Source: Bdellovibrionales bacterium (GTDB lineage: Bacteria; Bdellovibrionota; Bdellovibrionia; Bdellovibrionales; UBA1609). Taken from it: a stretch of DNA of 64,000 bases. The stretch is taken from assembly GCA_020850475.1 (NCBI GenBank), contig JADZEO010000071.1:19712-83711 (forward strand). The letters are read 5' to 3'. Of this stretch, positions 26,367-35,831 are shown piece after piece. The translations under genes and the position numbers were made by a program. Every line of letters starts with the position of its first letter. Position 1 is the first letter of the stretch. The notes under the pieces were generated by a model. The model was not told where the DNA came from. It did not search any database and saw nothing but the letters and a program-made list of their open reading frames with translations.

Positions 26367-26933
26367 ATGGCCAAAATTAAAAAGAAAATCGCGACGGGGA
26401 AGAAGAAAGTCACGCGGGTCAAAAAGAAATTGGGAAAGGCCAAAAAGAAGATCGTGGCGATCAAAGCCCCTGCACTCAAAGTCGGTCAATTGGTGCCAGA
26501 GTTTGCGCTTCCAGCAACGGGCAACAAGACCGTTAGTCTGGCGGCTCTTAAGGGCCAAAAAGTGGTGCTCTTTTTTTATCCCAAGGATTCGACCCCGGGC
26601 TGCACTCTCGAGGGACATGAGTTTACTCATCTTAATTCGCAGTTTCGTCAGACCAACACGGTGGTCTTGGGGGTCTCAAGGGACTCGATGAAGTCTCACG
26701 AAAACTTCAAGTGCAAACAAAATTATTCGGTCGACTTGCTGAGTGATGCGGACGAAAAATTGTGCCGTATGTTTGGCGTAATCAAGCTCAAGAACATGTA
26801 TGGCAAGCAGGTGTTAGGTATTGAGCGCAGCACTTTTGTGATTGATGAGCAAGGCGTATTAGCCAAAGAGTGGCGCGGGGTAAAACCCGAGGGACATGCT
26901 CGCGAAGTGTTGAGTTTTATCACTGGGCTTTGA
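26367..26933 (+). CDS. bcp: thiol peroxidase Bcp (peroxiredoxin Q) with Lys-rich N-terminal extension
   Basis: LFFYPKDSTPGCTLEGHEF peroxidatic Cys motif. Preceded by MAKIKKKIATGKKKVTRVKKKLGKAKKKIVAIK. Confidence 0.85.
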   Translation: MAKIKKKIATGKKKVTRVKKKLGKAKKKIVAIKAPALKVGQLVPEFALPATGNKTVSLAALKGQKVVLFFYPKDSTPGCTLEGHEFTHLNSQFRQTNTVVLGVSRDSMKSHENFKCKQNYSVDLLSDADEKLCRMFGVIKLKNMYGKQVLGIERSTFVIDEQGVLAKEWRGVKPEGHAREVLSFITGL

Positions 26934-27903
26934 CGAGCAGTACAAATTCCGTTTCGTTCGCCAAGAAGTCCGGTGAACTCATAATTTCCAGCGGTGTTCC
27001 ACTAAAGGCCTGATTTTCTTTTTCCGTCGGCTGCCGGTGGGGCACCATGCCCGCAATAATCAAAATCGAACCATGGCTCAATGGGTAGGTCCCCTCGAGA
27101 GGGATGTTAATAGTTTGGTCGCCGCCCTTGCCGGCAAGAAAAAATCCGCCTTCGGTTTCAAGTTCCATTCCCGTCGGAGATTGATTGGTCGGCGCGACGC
27201 CAAAGTTAAGCCCTTGGAGTTCGCTACTTCCCTCGGCGAGAGGTTTCGCAAACTGCAAACGGACTGTGCCACTTAAGGTGCCACTCCCGGAACCAGGTAG
27301 AAAGTGTGCGCGTGGACTTTTCTTGAGGAGTTGCTCGAGAGGTTCCGCAAATTTATATGTCGCCACTTGGACTTGATTGCCGTCGTGAAGAATTTGGGCT
27401 TCGGAAAGAAACTGATTGAGCAGTTCCCGTGGAAGTTCGGCAAACCGCACCACCAATTTGGTAGGAGCGGGGGCGGAGGGTGGGTTCTTGTCGCCCGCCG
27501 CAGCGGTTACGGCCTCGCCCGCTTTAGGCTCAGCCGCGGTACCATCACTTGTGGCGGTCCCGGTCAGAGAGGCCGATCCCGGGGTGTCCGCTCCCTGGGG
27601 TTTAGCACTGGTTGAGGCTTGCTCAGAGGGAGTCGCCTTGTCGTCGGGGCCTTGGTCGTCTGCAGACTTACCGATGAACTGGGGTTGGGTGCTACGGATG
27701 AGTAAACTCTGCTGCCAAGAGATGTAACCCACCATCGCCCCGATCGTGACGACGATGAGGGCGATCTGGAAAGTGGAATTAAAAACCAGCGAGCGATACC
27801 AGGCGGCTGGTTTGGGTCGATAGTGTTCGATGTCCAGACCACAGTTAGCGCAAAAGCGATCCTGCGGTTGCAAGAACCCACACTTCGGGCACTCCTGCAT
27901 CAC
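26920..27903 (-). CDS. zinc-ribbon membrane protein (N-terminal CxxC...CxxC, one TM, disordered linker, C-terminal domain)
   Basis: MMQECPKCGFLQPQDRFCANCG, then the TM segment FQIALIVVTIGAMVGYISW and a Pro/Ala/Thr/Gly-rich linker. Divergent from mraZ. Confidence 0.6.
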   Translation of the reverse strand: MMQECPKCGFLQPQDRFCANCGLDIEHYRPKPAAWYRSLVFNSTFQIALIVVTIGAMVGYISWQQSLLIRSTQPQFIGKSADDQGPDDKATPSEQASTSAKPQGADTPGSASLTGTATSDGTAAEPKAGEAVTAAAGDKNPPSAPAPTKLVVRFAELPRELLNQFLSEAQILHDGNQVQVATYKFAEPLEQLLKKSPRAHFLPGSGSGTLSGTVRLQFAKPLAEGSSELQGLNFGVAPTNQSPTGMELETEGGFFLAGKGGDQTINIPLEGTYPLSHGSILIIAGMVPHRQPTEKENQAFSGTPLEIMSSPDFLANETEFVLLVKAQ

Positions 27904-28022
27904 CCGACTTACCTCCCCTTGGTTCAGGACGTTACTCCATAGTCAGGCCAGGCCTCAGTCTAATTCCTGTCGAACTCAGGCTAACACGGCTAGACAGACA
28001 GCCCAAATGGAAATGCACCCTC

Positions 28023-28050
28023 TTGACGCAAGTGACCGATTTGTTAAAGT
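28023..28050 (+). promoter_or_regulatory. dcw/mraZ promoter (TTGACG-N16-TAAAGT with upstream TG)
   Basis: TTGACG at 28023..28028. TGtTAAAGT at 28042..28050, an extended -10 arrangement. Confidence 0.55.
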
Positions 28051-28083
28051 GGAGTTAGGTGGCAGAAAGTGGAACTAAGTGGA
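28048..28083 (+). promoter_or_regulatory. putative MraZ operator: four GTGG(A/C) boxes at exact 10-bp spacing
   Basis: GTGG at 28049, 28059, 28069 and 28079 (aGTGGAgttagGTGGCagaaaGTGGAactaaGTGGAc). The array overlaps the -10 element and the likely transcription start. Confidence 0.6.
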
Positions 28084-28099
28084 CTCTTCGGCCTCGCCT

Positions 28100-28125
28100 A
28101 TGAAAGCCCATGGATGGGCTTTCAT
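28100..28125 (+). promoter_or_regulatory. perfect 11-bp stem / 4-nt loop hairpin in the mraZ 5' leader
   Basis: atgaaagccca-tgga-tgggctttcat lies 20 nt upstream of the mraZ ATG. No T-run follows. Confidence 0.5.
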
Positions 28126-28145
28126 CTTCACTCGGAAGGTTATGG

Positions 28146-28613
28146 ATGACCGTACCGTTTCGTGGCCGGTTCGATTGCAAAGTGGATCCTAAAGGACGCT
28201 TCAAATTGCCGGCAACTTATAAGCTTTCTCTCCCCAAGAAAGAGACCTCTCTGGTGATGACGAACGGACAATACCAGGGGCAGCGGTGCCTCGATGTTTA
28301 TACCTTACGAGAATGGGAATCGCTGGAAAAACGCCTGGCGAAGTTGTCACCGCTTAAAGCTGAAGTTCAAGCTTATCAACGATTTTACATGGCAAGCGCC
28401 CAAGTGGTGGAGTGCGATTCACAAGACCGCTTGTTGATTCCTCAGGGACTGAGAAAATTTGCCGACCTCGAAGAAGAGGTGGTTTTAGTGGGCATGGGCG
28501 GCAAGTTCGAGATTTGGGCCGCCCCACGTTGGCAGCAGCTTCACCAAAGTCTAGCAGGCAACTTCGATCAAACCTTAGCGGTGTTGGCTGATCTTGATAA
28601 GGGAGGTGAGTGA
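28146..28613 (+). CDS. mraZ: transcriptional regulator MraZ
   Basis: FRGRFDCKVDPKGRFKLP and a second SpoVT/AbrB-like repeat (ECDSQDRLLIPQGLRKFA). GGAAGG RBS 5 nt upstream of the ATG at 28146. Confidence 0.9.
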   Translation: MTVPFRGRFDCKVDPKGRFKLPATYKLSLPKKETSLVMTNGQYQGQRCLDVYTLREWESLEKRLAKLSPLKAEVQAYQRFYMASAQVVECDSQDRLLIPQGLRKFADLEEEVVLVGMGGKFEIWAAPRWQQLHQSLAGNFDQTLAVLADLDKGGE

Positions 28614-29515
28614 TGGAACACATCCCTGTTCTGCTCGAGCCCATTTTGAAAATGGCCAAGGAGCTTTCTCGAGAGCCGAAATATTATTTTGATGGCACGT
28701 TTGGCCGGGGCGGTCACGCCCGGGCCTTGATGAATGAGTGGCCTCAGCTCCAGACTTTTGCTGTTGATCAGGATGCCGAAGCAATTGAGTTCGCGCAAAC
28801 CCACTTTGCCAAGGAAATCGCGGCCGGGCGATTAGTCATTCGGCGCGCCAACTTCGCCGAACTTCAGGAGCTGCAAGCCGAGCTGCGAGCGTTCCACGGC
28901 GGAGCGGGCTTTGATCTCATTCTCATTGATCTGGGAGTGAGTTCTCCGCAGTTGGATCGTGGTGATCGCGGTTTTAGTTTCTACCACGAAGGCCCGCTGG
29001 ACATGCGCATGGATCAGCGAGGAGAGGTGACGGCCAAGGAGATCGTCAACAGCTGGGACTCAGATGATTTGGCGAAGCTCTTTCGTGAACTCGGCGAAGT
29101 GCGGAGTCCGGGTCGAGTGGTGGACGCGATCATCGAAGCTCGGCGACGCCAAGCCTTTCAGACGACCCGAGAACTGGCGGGACTCATTGAGCGCTGTTTG
29201 GGTTGGCGAAAAAAGGGTCAGCATCCAGCCACCCAGTATTTTCTGGCCCTGCGGCTCGAAGTTAATCGCGAGCTGGATGTGGTCAAGCAAGCCATTCCCC
29301 AATTAGTTGAAATGCTCAGCGAAAGCGGGCGCCTGATGATCATTACCTTTCACTCGCTCGAGGATCGCATCGCCAAGTATGCGCTGCGGGAGCTTTGTGA
29401 TCGCGGTTCGTTAGTGAACAAAAAAGTCATTCAAGCACCTTGGGCGGAAGTAAAAAAAAATCCCCGAGCTCGAAGTGCTAAGTTGCGAGTTTTTCAAAAA
29501 GGAGTTGCGTCGTGA
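28610..29515 (+). CDS. rsmH: 16S rRNA (cytosine1402-N4)-methyltransferase RsmH (MraW)
   Basis: HIPVLL, DGTFGRGGH, DLGVSSPQLD...RGFSF, ITFHSLEDR. Confidence 0.93.
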   Translation: MMEHIPVLLEPILKMAKELSREPKYYFDGTFGRGGHARALMNEWPQLQTFAVDQDAEAIEFAQTHFAKEIAAGRLVIRRANFAELQELQAELRAFHGGAGFDLILIDLGVSSPQLDRGDRGFSFYHEGPLDMRMDQRGEVTAKEIVNSWDSDDLAKLFRELGEVRSPGRVVDAIIEARRRQAFQTTRELAGLIERCLGWRKKGQHPATQYFLALRLEVNRELDVVKQAIPQLVEMLSESGRLMIITFHSLEDRIAKYALRELCDRGSLVNKKVIQAPWAEVKKNPRARSAKLRVFQKGVAS

Positions 29516-29811
29516 GTGAGCAAAAGGTGGGCGAGTTAAAACCATTCTTAAGCATTTTGTTGATCATTGCCACCTTGCTGGCGATGGCCTTTTTCAAAAT
29601 GGAAGTCCGCCGAATGGGCTACGCGGTGTTTTCGGCCTCACGCTCTTACAAATTGCTGCGCGATCGCCACCGACTGCAAGTGATGGAGTATGCTCAGGTG
29701 ACGCGTTCGGATTTAGTTCGTAAGATTGCGGTGTCGCGATTTACTCTGAATGACGCTCGAGTGGGCCAGATTATTCAAATGACTGGCGGCCAAATCGCCA
29801 TGCCACAATAA
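29512..29811 (+). CDS. ftsL: cell division protein FtsL-like
   Basis: 99 aa with a single TM and a short coiled coil. Conserved position between rsmH and ftsI. GTGA overlap with rsmH. Confidence 0.7.
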   Translation: MSEQKVGELKPFLSILLIIATLLAMAFFKMEVRRMGYAVFSASRSYKLLRDRHRLQVMEYAQVTRSDLVRKIAVSRFTLNDARVGQIIQMTGGQIAMPQ

Positions 29812-29829
29812 AAGGACGAGTTCGCGCCA

Positions 29830-31815
29830 GTGAAGTCCAGGATTGTTCTCATCTTTGTTTTATTTTTGCTGATGTGGGGAGGAATGATCCTGAGAGGAGC
29901 CTATCTCCAATTAGTGGCCGATCCTCGGTTGGGCGAACTCAAGAAGAAGCAATTTGAAACGCTGCTGACCATCCAAAGTCGGCGAGGCGCGATTTTTGAC
30001 CGGGAGGGCCGCGAGCTGGCGGTGACGGTAGCCTCGTACTCGCTCTTTGCCGACCCCAAGATCATCAAAGAACCGCGGCGCCTCGCTCATCGACTGGGGA
30101 AGTTACTGGGGGCTGATGGTCGCGTCATCTATAGCAAGATTAAGGATCGAGATCGACGGTTTGTGTGGATCCGGCGGCATTTAAGTCGCGACCAAAAAGA
30201 CACCATTGCTCAGTGGCGGGAGCGGGGATTGGGTTTTATCGAGGAACCCCGTCGCATGTATCCCAACAATTCGCTGCTGGCGGCCGGTTTGGGCTTTGTC
30301 GGCTCGGAGGGGCAGGGCCTTGAGGGACTTGAATTGCAGTACGAGAAATATCTGAAGGGTAAAAACATTCGTGTGCACTTGGGGCGCGACGCTCGAGGGC
30401 GTCCGCTGCTCGAAAACGGCAACTTTTACGACCGTGTGCCCGACGGGTACAATGTTCACCTGACGATCGATAACCAATTTCAATATTTGTTAGAACGTGA
30501 ACTCGAGAGCGCGCAAGAGCAATATGAGGCGGATTCGGCCGTCGGGGTCGTGCTCGATGCCCGAACGGCCGAGGTATTGGCCTTGGCGCAAACTCCGGGG
30601 TTTAATCTCAACCAAGCCAAGCAATACTCCCAGGCGATCCGTCGGAGTCGCACGGCGACGGACGCCTTTGAACCGGGTTCGACACTCAAGACCTTCGTCA
30701 TGGCCGCAGCCTTGCGCCACAAGATAGCCCAACCCAATACATTGATTGATTGTGAAGGGGGAAAGCTGCAAATCGGCAAGAAGACGATCCGCGAAGCCGA
30801 TCAGACTCACCAGTTTGGCAAACTCACCCTCACCGAAATTCTGGCGTATTCCTCGAACGTGGGCACCGCTAAATTGGCCTTCATGGTGGGACAAGAACAT
30901 CTCCATCAGACTCTGCGAGATTTTGGCTTTGGTGAACCGACCCGAATCGATCTGCCGGGCGAAGCCGGCGGCATTTTGCACGGACTCCCCTGGAACAAGC
31001 ACTTGCTGGCCAACATTTCATTTGGACACGGGGTCAGCGTCACCCCGATTCAAGTTGCGGCCGCCTACGCCGCCATTGCCAATGGAGGAGTGTGGCGGCA
31101 GCCGCGGTTGGTGAGTAAAATTGTTTCAGAAGACACCAATGAAGTCGCCGATCTTCCGGCTCCCGCCGAGCGGCGAGTTCTCAGCCAAGACGAAGCAGCG
31201 ACTTTGACTTTAATGCTCACTAACGTCACGGCGACAAGCGGGACCGGAGTCAATGCCCGCATCATCGGTTTTCCGGTGGCGGGAAAAACCGGAACGGCCC
31301 AAAAGGTAAATCTTGAAAAGGGCGGGTATTTCAAGGACGCGTACATTTCCAGTTTTGCGGGATTTGTACCCGCCAATGACCCCCGCTTCGTCATTTACAT
31401 CGCGGTTGATAACCCTCGCGGCAAGTATTATGGCGCGCAGGTTGCGGCACCGGTCTTCTCGCGATTGGGGAGCTTTATGGTTCGGCAAATTGGGCTGCCG
31501 CCAGTGCTGATTTCCGAAGAGAATATCATGGCGGCCAAAACCAAGCCCACGTCTCATCAGCTCCGGCAGGAACAAGCTCTGAATCTGGTCGAAGAGTCGG
31601 TGGCGATGGGCGAGCCAGGCCGGGCTCCTGACTTTGCCGGCCTCACTCTGCGCGAAGTTGTTCGTCGTATCCGCGGGACTGACTTGAAGATTCGCTTTCA
31701 GGGAGCGGGTGTCGTGGCCTCTTCGCGACCCGCCGCGGGTGAACCTTTGTCGCCTGGACAACCTCTCTATTTGCAGCTTAAACTTCCGAGTCAACAGAAA
31801 GACCTTACGAAGTGA
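29830..31815 (+). CDS. ftsI: peptidoglycan D,D-transpeptidase FtsI (PBP3) with one C-terminal PASTA-like domain
   Basis: GTG start. SxxK (GSTLKTF), SSN (AYSSNVG), KTGT (AGKTGTAQ). C-terminal PDFAGLTLREVVRRIRGTDLKIRFQGAGVVASSRPAAGEPLSPGQPLYLQL. Confidence 0.9.
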   Translation: MKSRIVLIFVLFLLMWGGMILRGAYLQLVADPRLGELKKKQFETLLTIQSRRGAIFDREGRELAVTVASYSLFADPKIIKEPRRLAHRLGKLLGADGRVIYSKIKDRDRRFVWIRRHLSRDQKDTIAQWRERGLGFIEEPRRMYPNNSLLAAGLGFVGSEGQGLEGLELQYEKYLKGKNIRVHLGRDARGRPLLENGNFYDRVPDGYNVHLTIDNQFQYLLERELESAQEQYEADSAVGVVLDARTAEVLALAQTPGFNLNQAKQYSQAIRRSRTATDAFEPGSTLKTFVMAAALRHKIAQPNTLIDCEGGKLQIGKKTIREADQTHQFGKLTLTEILAYSSNVGTAKLAFMVGQEHLHQTLRDFGFGEPTRIDLPGEAGGILHGLPWNKHLLANISFGHGVSVTPIQVAAAYAAIANGGVWRQPRLVSKIVSEDTNEVADLPAPAERRVLSQDEAATLTLMLTNVTATSGTGVNARIIGFPVAGKTGTAQKVNLEKGGYFKDAYISSFAGFVPANDPRFVIYIAVDNPRGKYYGAQVAAPVFSRLGSFMVRQIGLPPVLISEENIMAAKTKPTSHQLRQEQALNLVEESVAMGEPGRAPDFAGLTLREVVRRIRGTDLKIRFQGAGVVASSRPAAGEPLSPGQPLYLQLKLPSQQKDLTK

Positions 31816-33299
31816 AGTTAGCTCAACTCTTTGCTATTTATCCGCAACTCAAGTGGGGGCGGCAGCGATCCGCGGACGTCAGTTCCATTTGTCGTGACTC
31901 GCGGCAGGTGCGTGCGGGTTGTGTGTACGTGGCCGTTCGAGGAACCGCTCACGACGGTCATGATTTTCTCCCCCAGGTCTGCCGCTCCGGCGCCGTCGGA
32001 GTGGTGGTCGAATCAGAAGCCAAAATCCCTGCGGATTACCAAGGGGCTGTCGTGTCGGTCGCTGACACTCGTCAAGCTCTGGATCTGCTCGCCAGTCGAT
32101 TTTACGGAAGTCCCGCCAGTTCTTTGTATTGTGTTGGGGTCACCGGAACCAACGGCAAGACCAGTCTGACCTATTTGGTTGAGGCCATTTTCAAACAATA
32201 TGGTTGGCTCACGGGAGTTATGGGAACAATCAATCATCACATCGGAACTCACGTGTGGCCGAGTCAGTTGACAACGCCCGACGCACTGGAGCTGCACAAA
32301 CGGCTGGCGGAATTTAGCTCGCTGGGAGCGAAGGCCGCCGCCTTCGAGGTTTCCAGTCATGCTTTGGCCCAGCATCGAGCGGACGCCATTCCTTTTGATA
32401 CGGTGGTGTTTACCAATTTGACTCGAGATCATCTTGATTACCATGGAACTCTCGACGACTACTTTGCCGCCAAGCAGAGATTGTTTGACGAGATTTTGTG
32501 GACTTCAACCAAGCCTGAGCTGTACGCGATCATCAACCAGGATGACCCCTACGGAAAACGATTGCGAGTGGCGGAAAAGGCGACGCGTTGGTCCTATGGT
32601 GAACGCGACGCGGATTTTTGTTTTCAGATTAGTCGTCAGGATTTTTCGGGTTGTGAATTTTTGGTGCGACATCCCAGGGGAAGGGCGGAAATCAAATCTC
32701 CGCTGATTGGGCGGCACAATGTCTATAATTGCACGGCGGCGATCGCCGTCGGCATTGCGGCGGGAGTGTCCAGCGAAACCTGTGCGGCGGCAATGGCGAC
32801 TTTTGCCGGAGTACCTGGACGAATGGAGAGAGTCGCCAATGGGAAAGGCATTCACGTTTTTGTTGATTACGCTCATACCGATGATGCGTTAAGATCAGTC
32901 TTAACTGCACTCGCCGAGATTCGGCGCTTGAGTGGGTCCCAGGCGCGACTCATCACGGTGTTTGGCTGTGGGGGTGACCGGGATCGTGGTAAGCGACCCC
33001 TCATGGCGCGGGCGGCGGTGGCAGGTTCGGATTTGGTTTTTGTTACCTCCGATAATCCGCGAACGGAAGATCCCGAAGCGATTATCGCTGATGTTTTGAC
33101 TGGCGTAGAAAGTGCGGATCGGGATCAGAAAGTTTTTGCCGAAGTAGATCGGCGGGCGGCCATCGCGCGGGCACTGCGTTCGGCGGCCGAAGGGGATGTG
33201 GTTTTGATCGCAGGTAAAGGTCATGAGGATTACCAAATCCTGGGCACAGAAAAATTTCCCTTTAGTGACGTTCAAGTCGCGAGTGAGTTTTTAAAATGA
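31812..33299 (+). CDS. murE: UDP-N-acetylmuramoyl-L-alanyl-D-glutamate--2,6-diaminopimelate ligase
   Basis: GVTGTNGKTS P-loop and the DNPR motif (TSDNPRTEDP), which suggests meso-DAP specificity. Position in the dcw cluster. Confidence 0.93.
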   Translation: MKLAQLFAIYPQLKWGRQRSADVSSICRDSRQVRAGCVYVAVRGTAHDGHDFLPQVCRSGAVGVVVESEAKIPADYQGAVVSVADTRQALDLLASRFYGSPASSLYCVGVTGTNGKTSLTYLVEAIFKQYGWLTGVMGTINHHIGTHVWPSQLTTPDALELHKRLAEFSSLGAKAAAFEVSSHALAQHRADAIPFDTVVFTNLTRDHLDYHGTLDDYFAAKQRLFDEILWTSTKPELYAIINQDDPYGKRLRVAEKATRWSYGERDADFCFQISRQDFSGCEFLVRHPRGRAEIKSPLIGRHNVYNCTAAIAVGIAAGVSSETCAAAMATFAGVPGRMERVANGKGIHVFVDYAHTDDALRSVLTALAEIRRLSGSQARLITVFGCGGDRDRGKRPLMARAAVAGSDLVFVTSDNPRTEDPEAIIADVLTGVESADRDQKVFAEVDRRAAIARALRSAAEGDVVLIAGKGHEDYQILGTEKFPFSDVQVASEFLK

Positions 33300-34702
33300 G
33301 CTGGACGCTGACTCTTGCGGAATTACTTAAGGCCACGGGCGGCAAGGCCCACTCACAAGTTCAGACCGAGTGGACGGGAGTCGGGACCGATACCCGCAAA
33401 GATCTTTCGGGAAAGTTGTTCATCGCTTTGCGAGGTGAAAACCATGACGCCCACGACTTTGTCACCGACGCCGTCGCTCAAGGCGCCTCGGCACTATTGG
33501 TCGACAAATTTGTGCCGGGCCTCAATGAGCTGGTGGGTAAAGTCACCTTGGTTCAAGTTAAGGACACGCTACGTGGTCTTCAAGATTTGGGTGCCTACTG
33601 GCGGCAGAAGAACCGCGCCAAAATCATTGCCATCACCGGCTCGACCGGCAAGACGACCACCAAAGAGTATGTTGCGGCCCTATTGAGTCAGCGGTTTAAA
33701 ACGCATTTTAACCGCGGCAGCTACAACAACCACTGGGGTGTGCCCTTGACGTTGTTAGAAATTCAGCCCGAGCACGAGTTTGCCGTGGTTGAAATGGGAA
33801 TGAACCACTCGGGCGAAATCACTCGTCTCTGTGAAATCGCTAAACCCGATTTTGTCTTAGTCACCAACGTCGGCCAAGCTCATCTCGGAGAGTTGGGCAA
33901 TCAAGAGGCTGTCGTGCAAGCCAAGTGGGAGATGTATCGAGCTTGTCCCCAGGCCATGCACATTTACAATTTGATCAACGAGCACACCATTCGCATGCAC
34001 CAAGAGGCCAAGCAAAAAGGCATTAAGCGCATTCTGACTTTCTCTGCTTATAAGTCCAACGCCGAAGTTAACCTACGGGTCACCGAGACGGGACTCGATT
34101 TCATTCAAGTGATGGGTTTGATCGGCGGAGTTGAGGGCAATGTGCGCGTGCCGGTATTTGGGCGGCAAAACGGGACCAACATCATGGCCGCGGGTGCGGT
34201 GGCGCTGGCGGCCGGAATGACCCCCGAGCAAATTTGGTCGGGGCTGCCCCAGTTGGCCGGCTCTTGGGGACGCAATCAATTGGTCAAACTCCCAAGTGGT
34301 ACTCCCGTGTTGTTTGACGCCTACAATGCCAACCCTGAGAGCATGGCGGCCTTACTCAAAAACGTATTCGAGTTGCCGACCACGGGACGCAAGATCTTGG
34401 TGCTGGGTGAAATGTTGGAGCTCGGCAAAGACACGGCTCGCCTGCACGAGGAGCTCGGCGAGTTGGCCGGCAACATCGACGCCCACACGATTTGGTTTAT
34501 CGGCCCCTCGCAGGCCGCTTTTGAGCGTGGAGTGAAGCGCACCGAATTTAAAAATACCCTTTTATTATCAGATAGTTACAAAGAAGAACTTGCATCTCGC
34601 ATCGGCTCTATGCTAAACGATCAAGACATCGTTGCCATTAAAGGTTCGCGCGGGATGAAGCTGGAGCGAGTGATCCAGAGCTGGAACCCCATCGGCTTTT
34701 GA
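33296..34702 (+). CDS. murF: UDP-N-acetylmuramoyl-tripeptide--D-alanyl-D-alanine ligase
   Basis: ITGSTGKTTTKE P-loop, VVEMGMNHSGEI, DAYNANPESM. Confidence 0.92.
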   Translation: MSWTLTLAELLKATGGKAHSQVQTEWTGVGTDTRKDLSGKLFIALRGENHDAHDFVTDAVAQGASALLVDKFVPGLNELVGKVTLVQVKDTLRGLQDLGAYWRQKNRAKIIAITGSTGKTTTKEYVAALLSQRFKTHFNRGSYNNHWGVPLTLLEIQPEHEFAVVEMGMNHSGEITRLCEIAKPDFVLVTNVGQAHLGELGNQEAVVQAKWEMYRACPQAMHIYNLINEHTIRMHQEAKQKGIKRILTFSAYKSNAEVNLRVTETGLDFIQVMGLIGGVEGNVRVPVFGRQNGTNIMAAGAVALAAGMTPEQIWSGLPQLAGSWGRNQLVKLPSGTPVLFDAYNANPESMAALLKNVFELPTTGRKILVLGEMLELGKDTARLHEELGELAGNIDAHTIWFIGPSQAAFERGVKRTEFKNTLLLSDSYKEELASRIGSMLNDQDIVAIKGSRGMKLERVIQSWNPIGF

Positions 34703-34741
34703 GCAGCGATGCCACACCACTAGTTGCGGGAATGCGGGTAC

Positions 34742-35818
34742 ATGCTCTATCGTTGGCTTTATGAGGCGTCGGATTCTTTTTCTGCTCTGAACGTCTTCCG
34801 TTACATCACCTTTAGAACTTTCATTTCATTTTTTACGGCTTTCTTTCTCTGTTGGATTTTAGGTCCTTACTTTATTCGACAGTTGGTGAAGAAGCAGGTC
34901 GGGCAGACGATTCGTTCTGACGGTCCACAAAGTCATCACAAAAAAGCCGGTACTCCGACCATGGGTGGCGGGCTGATGATTCTCGGCCTGCTCGCGCCAG
35001 CACTCTTGTGGGTGGACCTTTTAAATCCCATGGTGTGGGCGGTCTTGGTCGTGACCGTGGGTTTTGGGATGATCGGCTATCGCGACGATTATCTTAAAGT
35101 CTCAAAAAAGAATACCAAGGGTTTGTCAGGAAAATTTCGATTGGCCTTGGAGTTTTTGATTTCGGGCATCGTCGTCGGATATTTGATTTGGTCGGGAGAG
35201 GCTTCGACGGTTCTCTCGGTGCCCTTCCTCAAAAATGTTCATTGGGATTTGGGCTGGTTTTATCTTCCAGTGGCTTGTTTGACGATCGTCGGTTGTGCGA
35301 ACGCGGTTAATTTGACGGACGGTTTGGATGGCTTGGCGGTGTTTCCAGTGATTGTCTGTGCTGGGACCTTTATGATTTTTTCCTACGTCGCAGGGCACGC
35401 GGAGATCGCCCGCTATCTGGCGATTGCGTTTGTGCCGGGCGCCGGCGAGTTGACGATCCTCGCAGCGGCTGTAGTGGCCTCTGGTCTCGCCTTTTTGTGG
35501 TTTAACGCCTTTCCCGCTCAAGTGTTTATGGGCGACGTCGGCAGCTTGTCGCTTGGGGGATTCTTGGGGGTGATGGCGGTGATGACCAATAACGAGCTCC
35601 TGCTGATTTTGCTGGGCGGAGTATTTGTCGTTGAAGCCTTGTCGGTGATTACTCAGGTGGCATCTTTTAAGCTGACCGGCAAACGGGTGTTTAAGATGGC
35701 TCCCATTCACCATCATTTTGAACTTAAAGGTTTAGATGAAACTAAAATTATTGTTCGCTTTTGGATCGTTTCGATCTTATTGGCGGTGCTGAGTCTTAGC
35801 ACCCTCAAACTGCGATGA
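34742..35818 (+). CDS. mraY: phospho-N-acetylmuramoyl-pentapeptide transferase
   Basis: [44 protein letters not shown] at 34742 is preferred over the TTG at 34724. Confidence 0.93.
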   Translation: MLYRWLYEASDSFSALNVFRYITFRTFISFFTAFFLCWILGPYFIRQLVKKQVGQTIRSDGPQSHHKKAGTPTMGGGLMILGLLAPALLWVDLLNPMVWAVLVVTVGFGMIGYRDDYLKVSKKNTKGLSGKFRLALEFLISGIVVGYLIWSGEASTVLSVPFLKNVHWDLGWFYLPVACLTIVGCANAVNLTDGLDGLAVFPVIVCAGTFMIFSYVAGHAEIARYLAIAFVPGAGELTILAAAVVASGLAFLWFNAFPAQVFMGDVGSLSLGGFLGVMAVMTNNELLLILLGGVFVVEALSVITQVASFKLTGKRVFKMAPIHHHFELKGLDETKIIVRFWIVSILLAVLSLSTLKLR

Positions 35819-35831
35819 GGAAGGTTTGATT

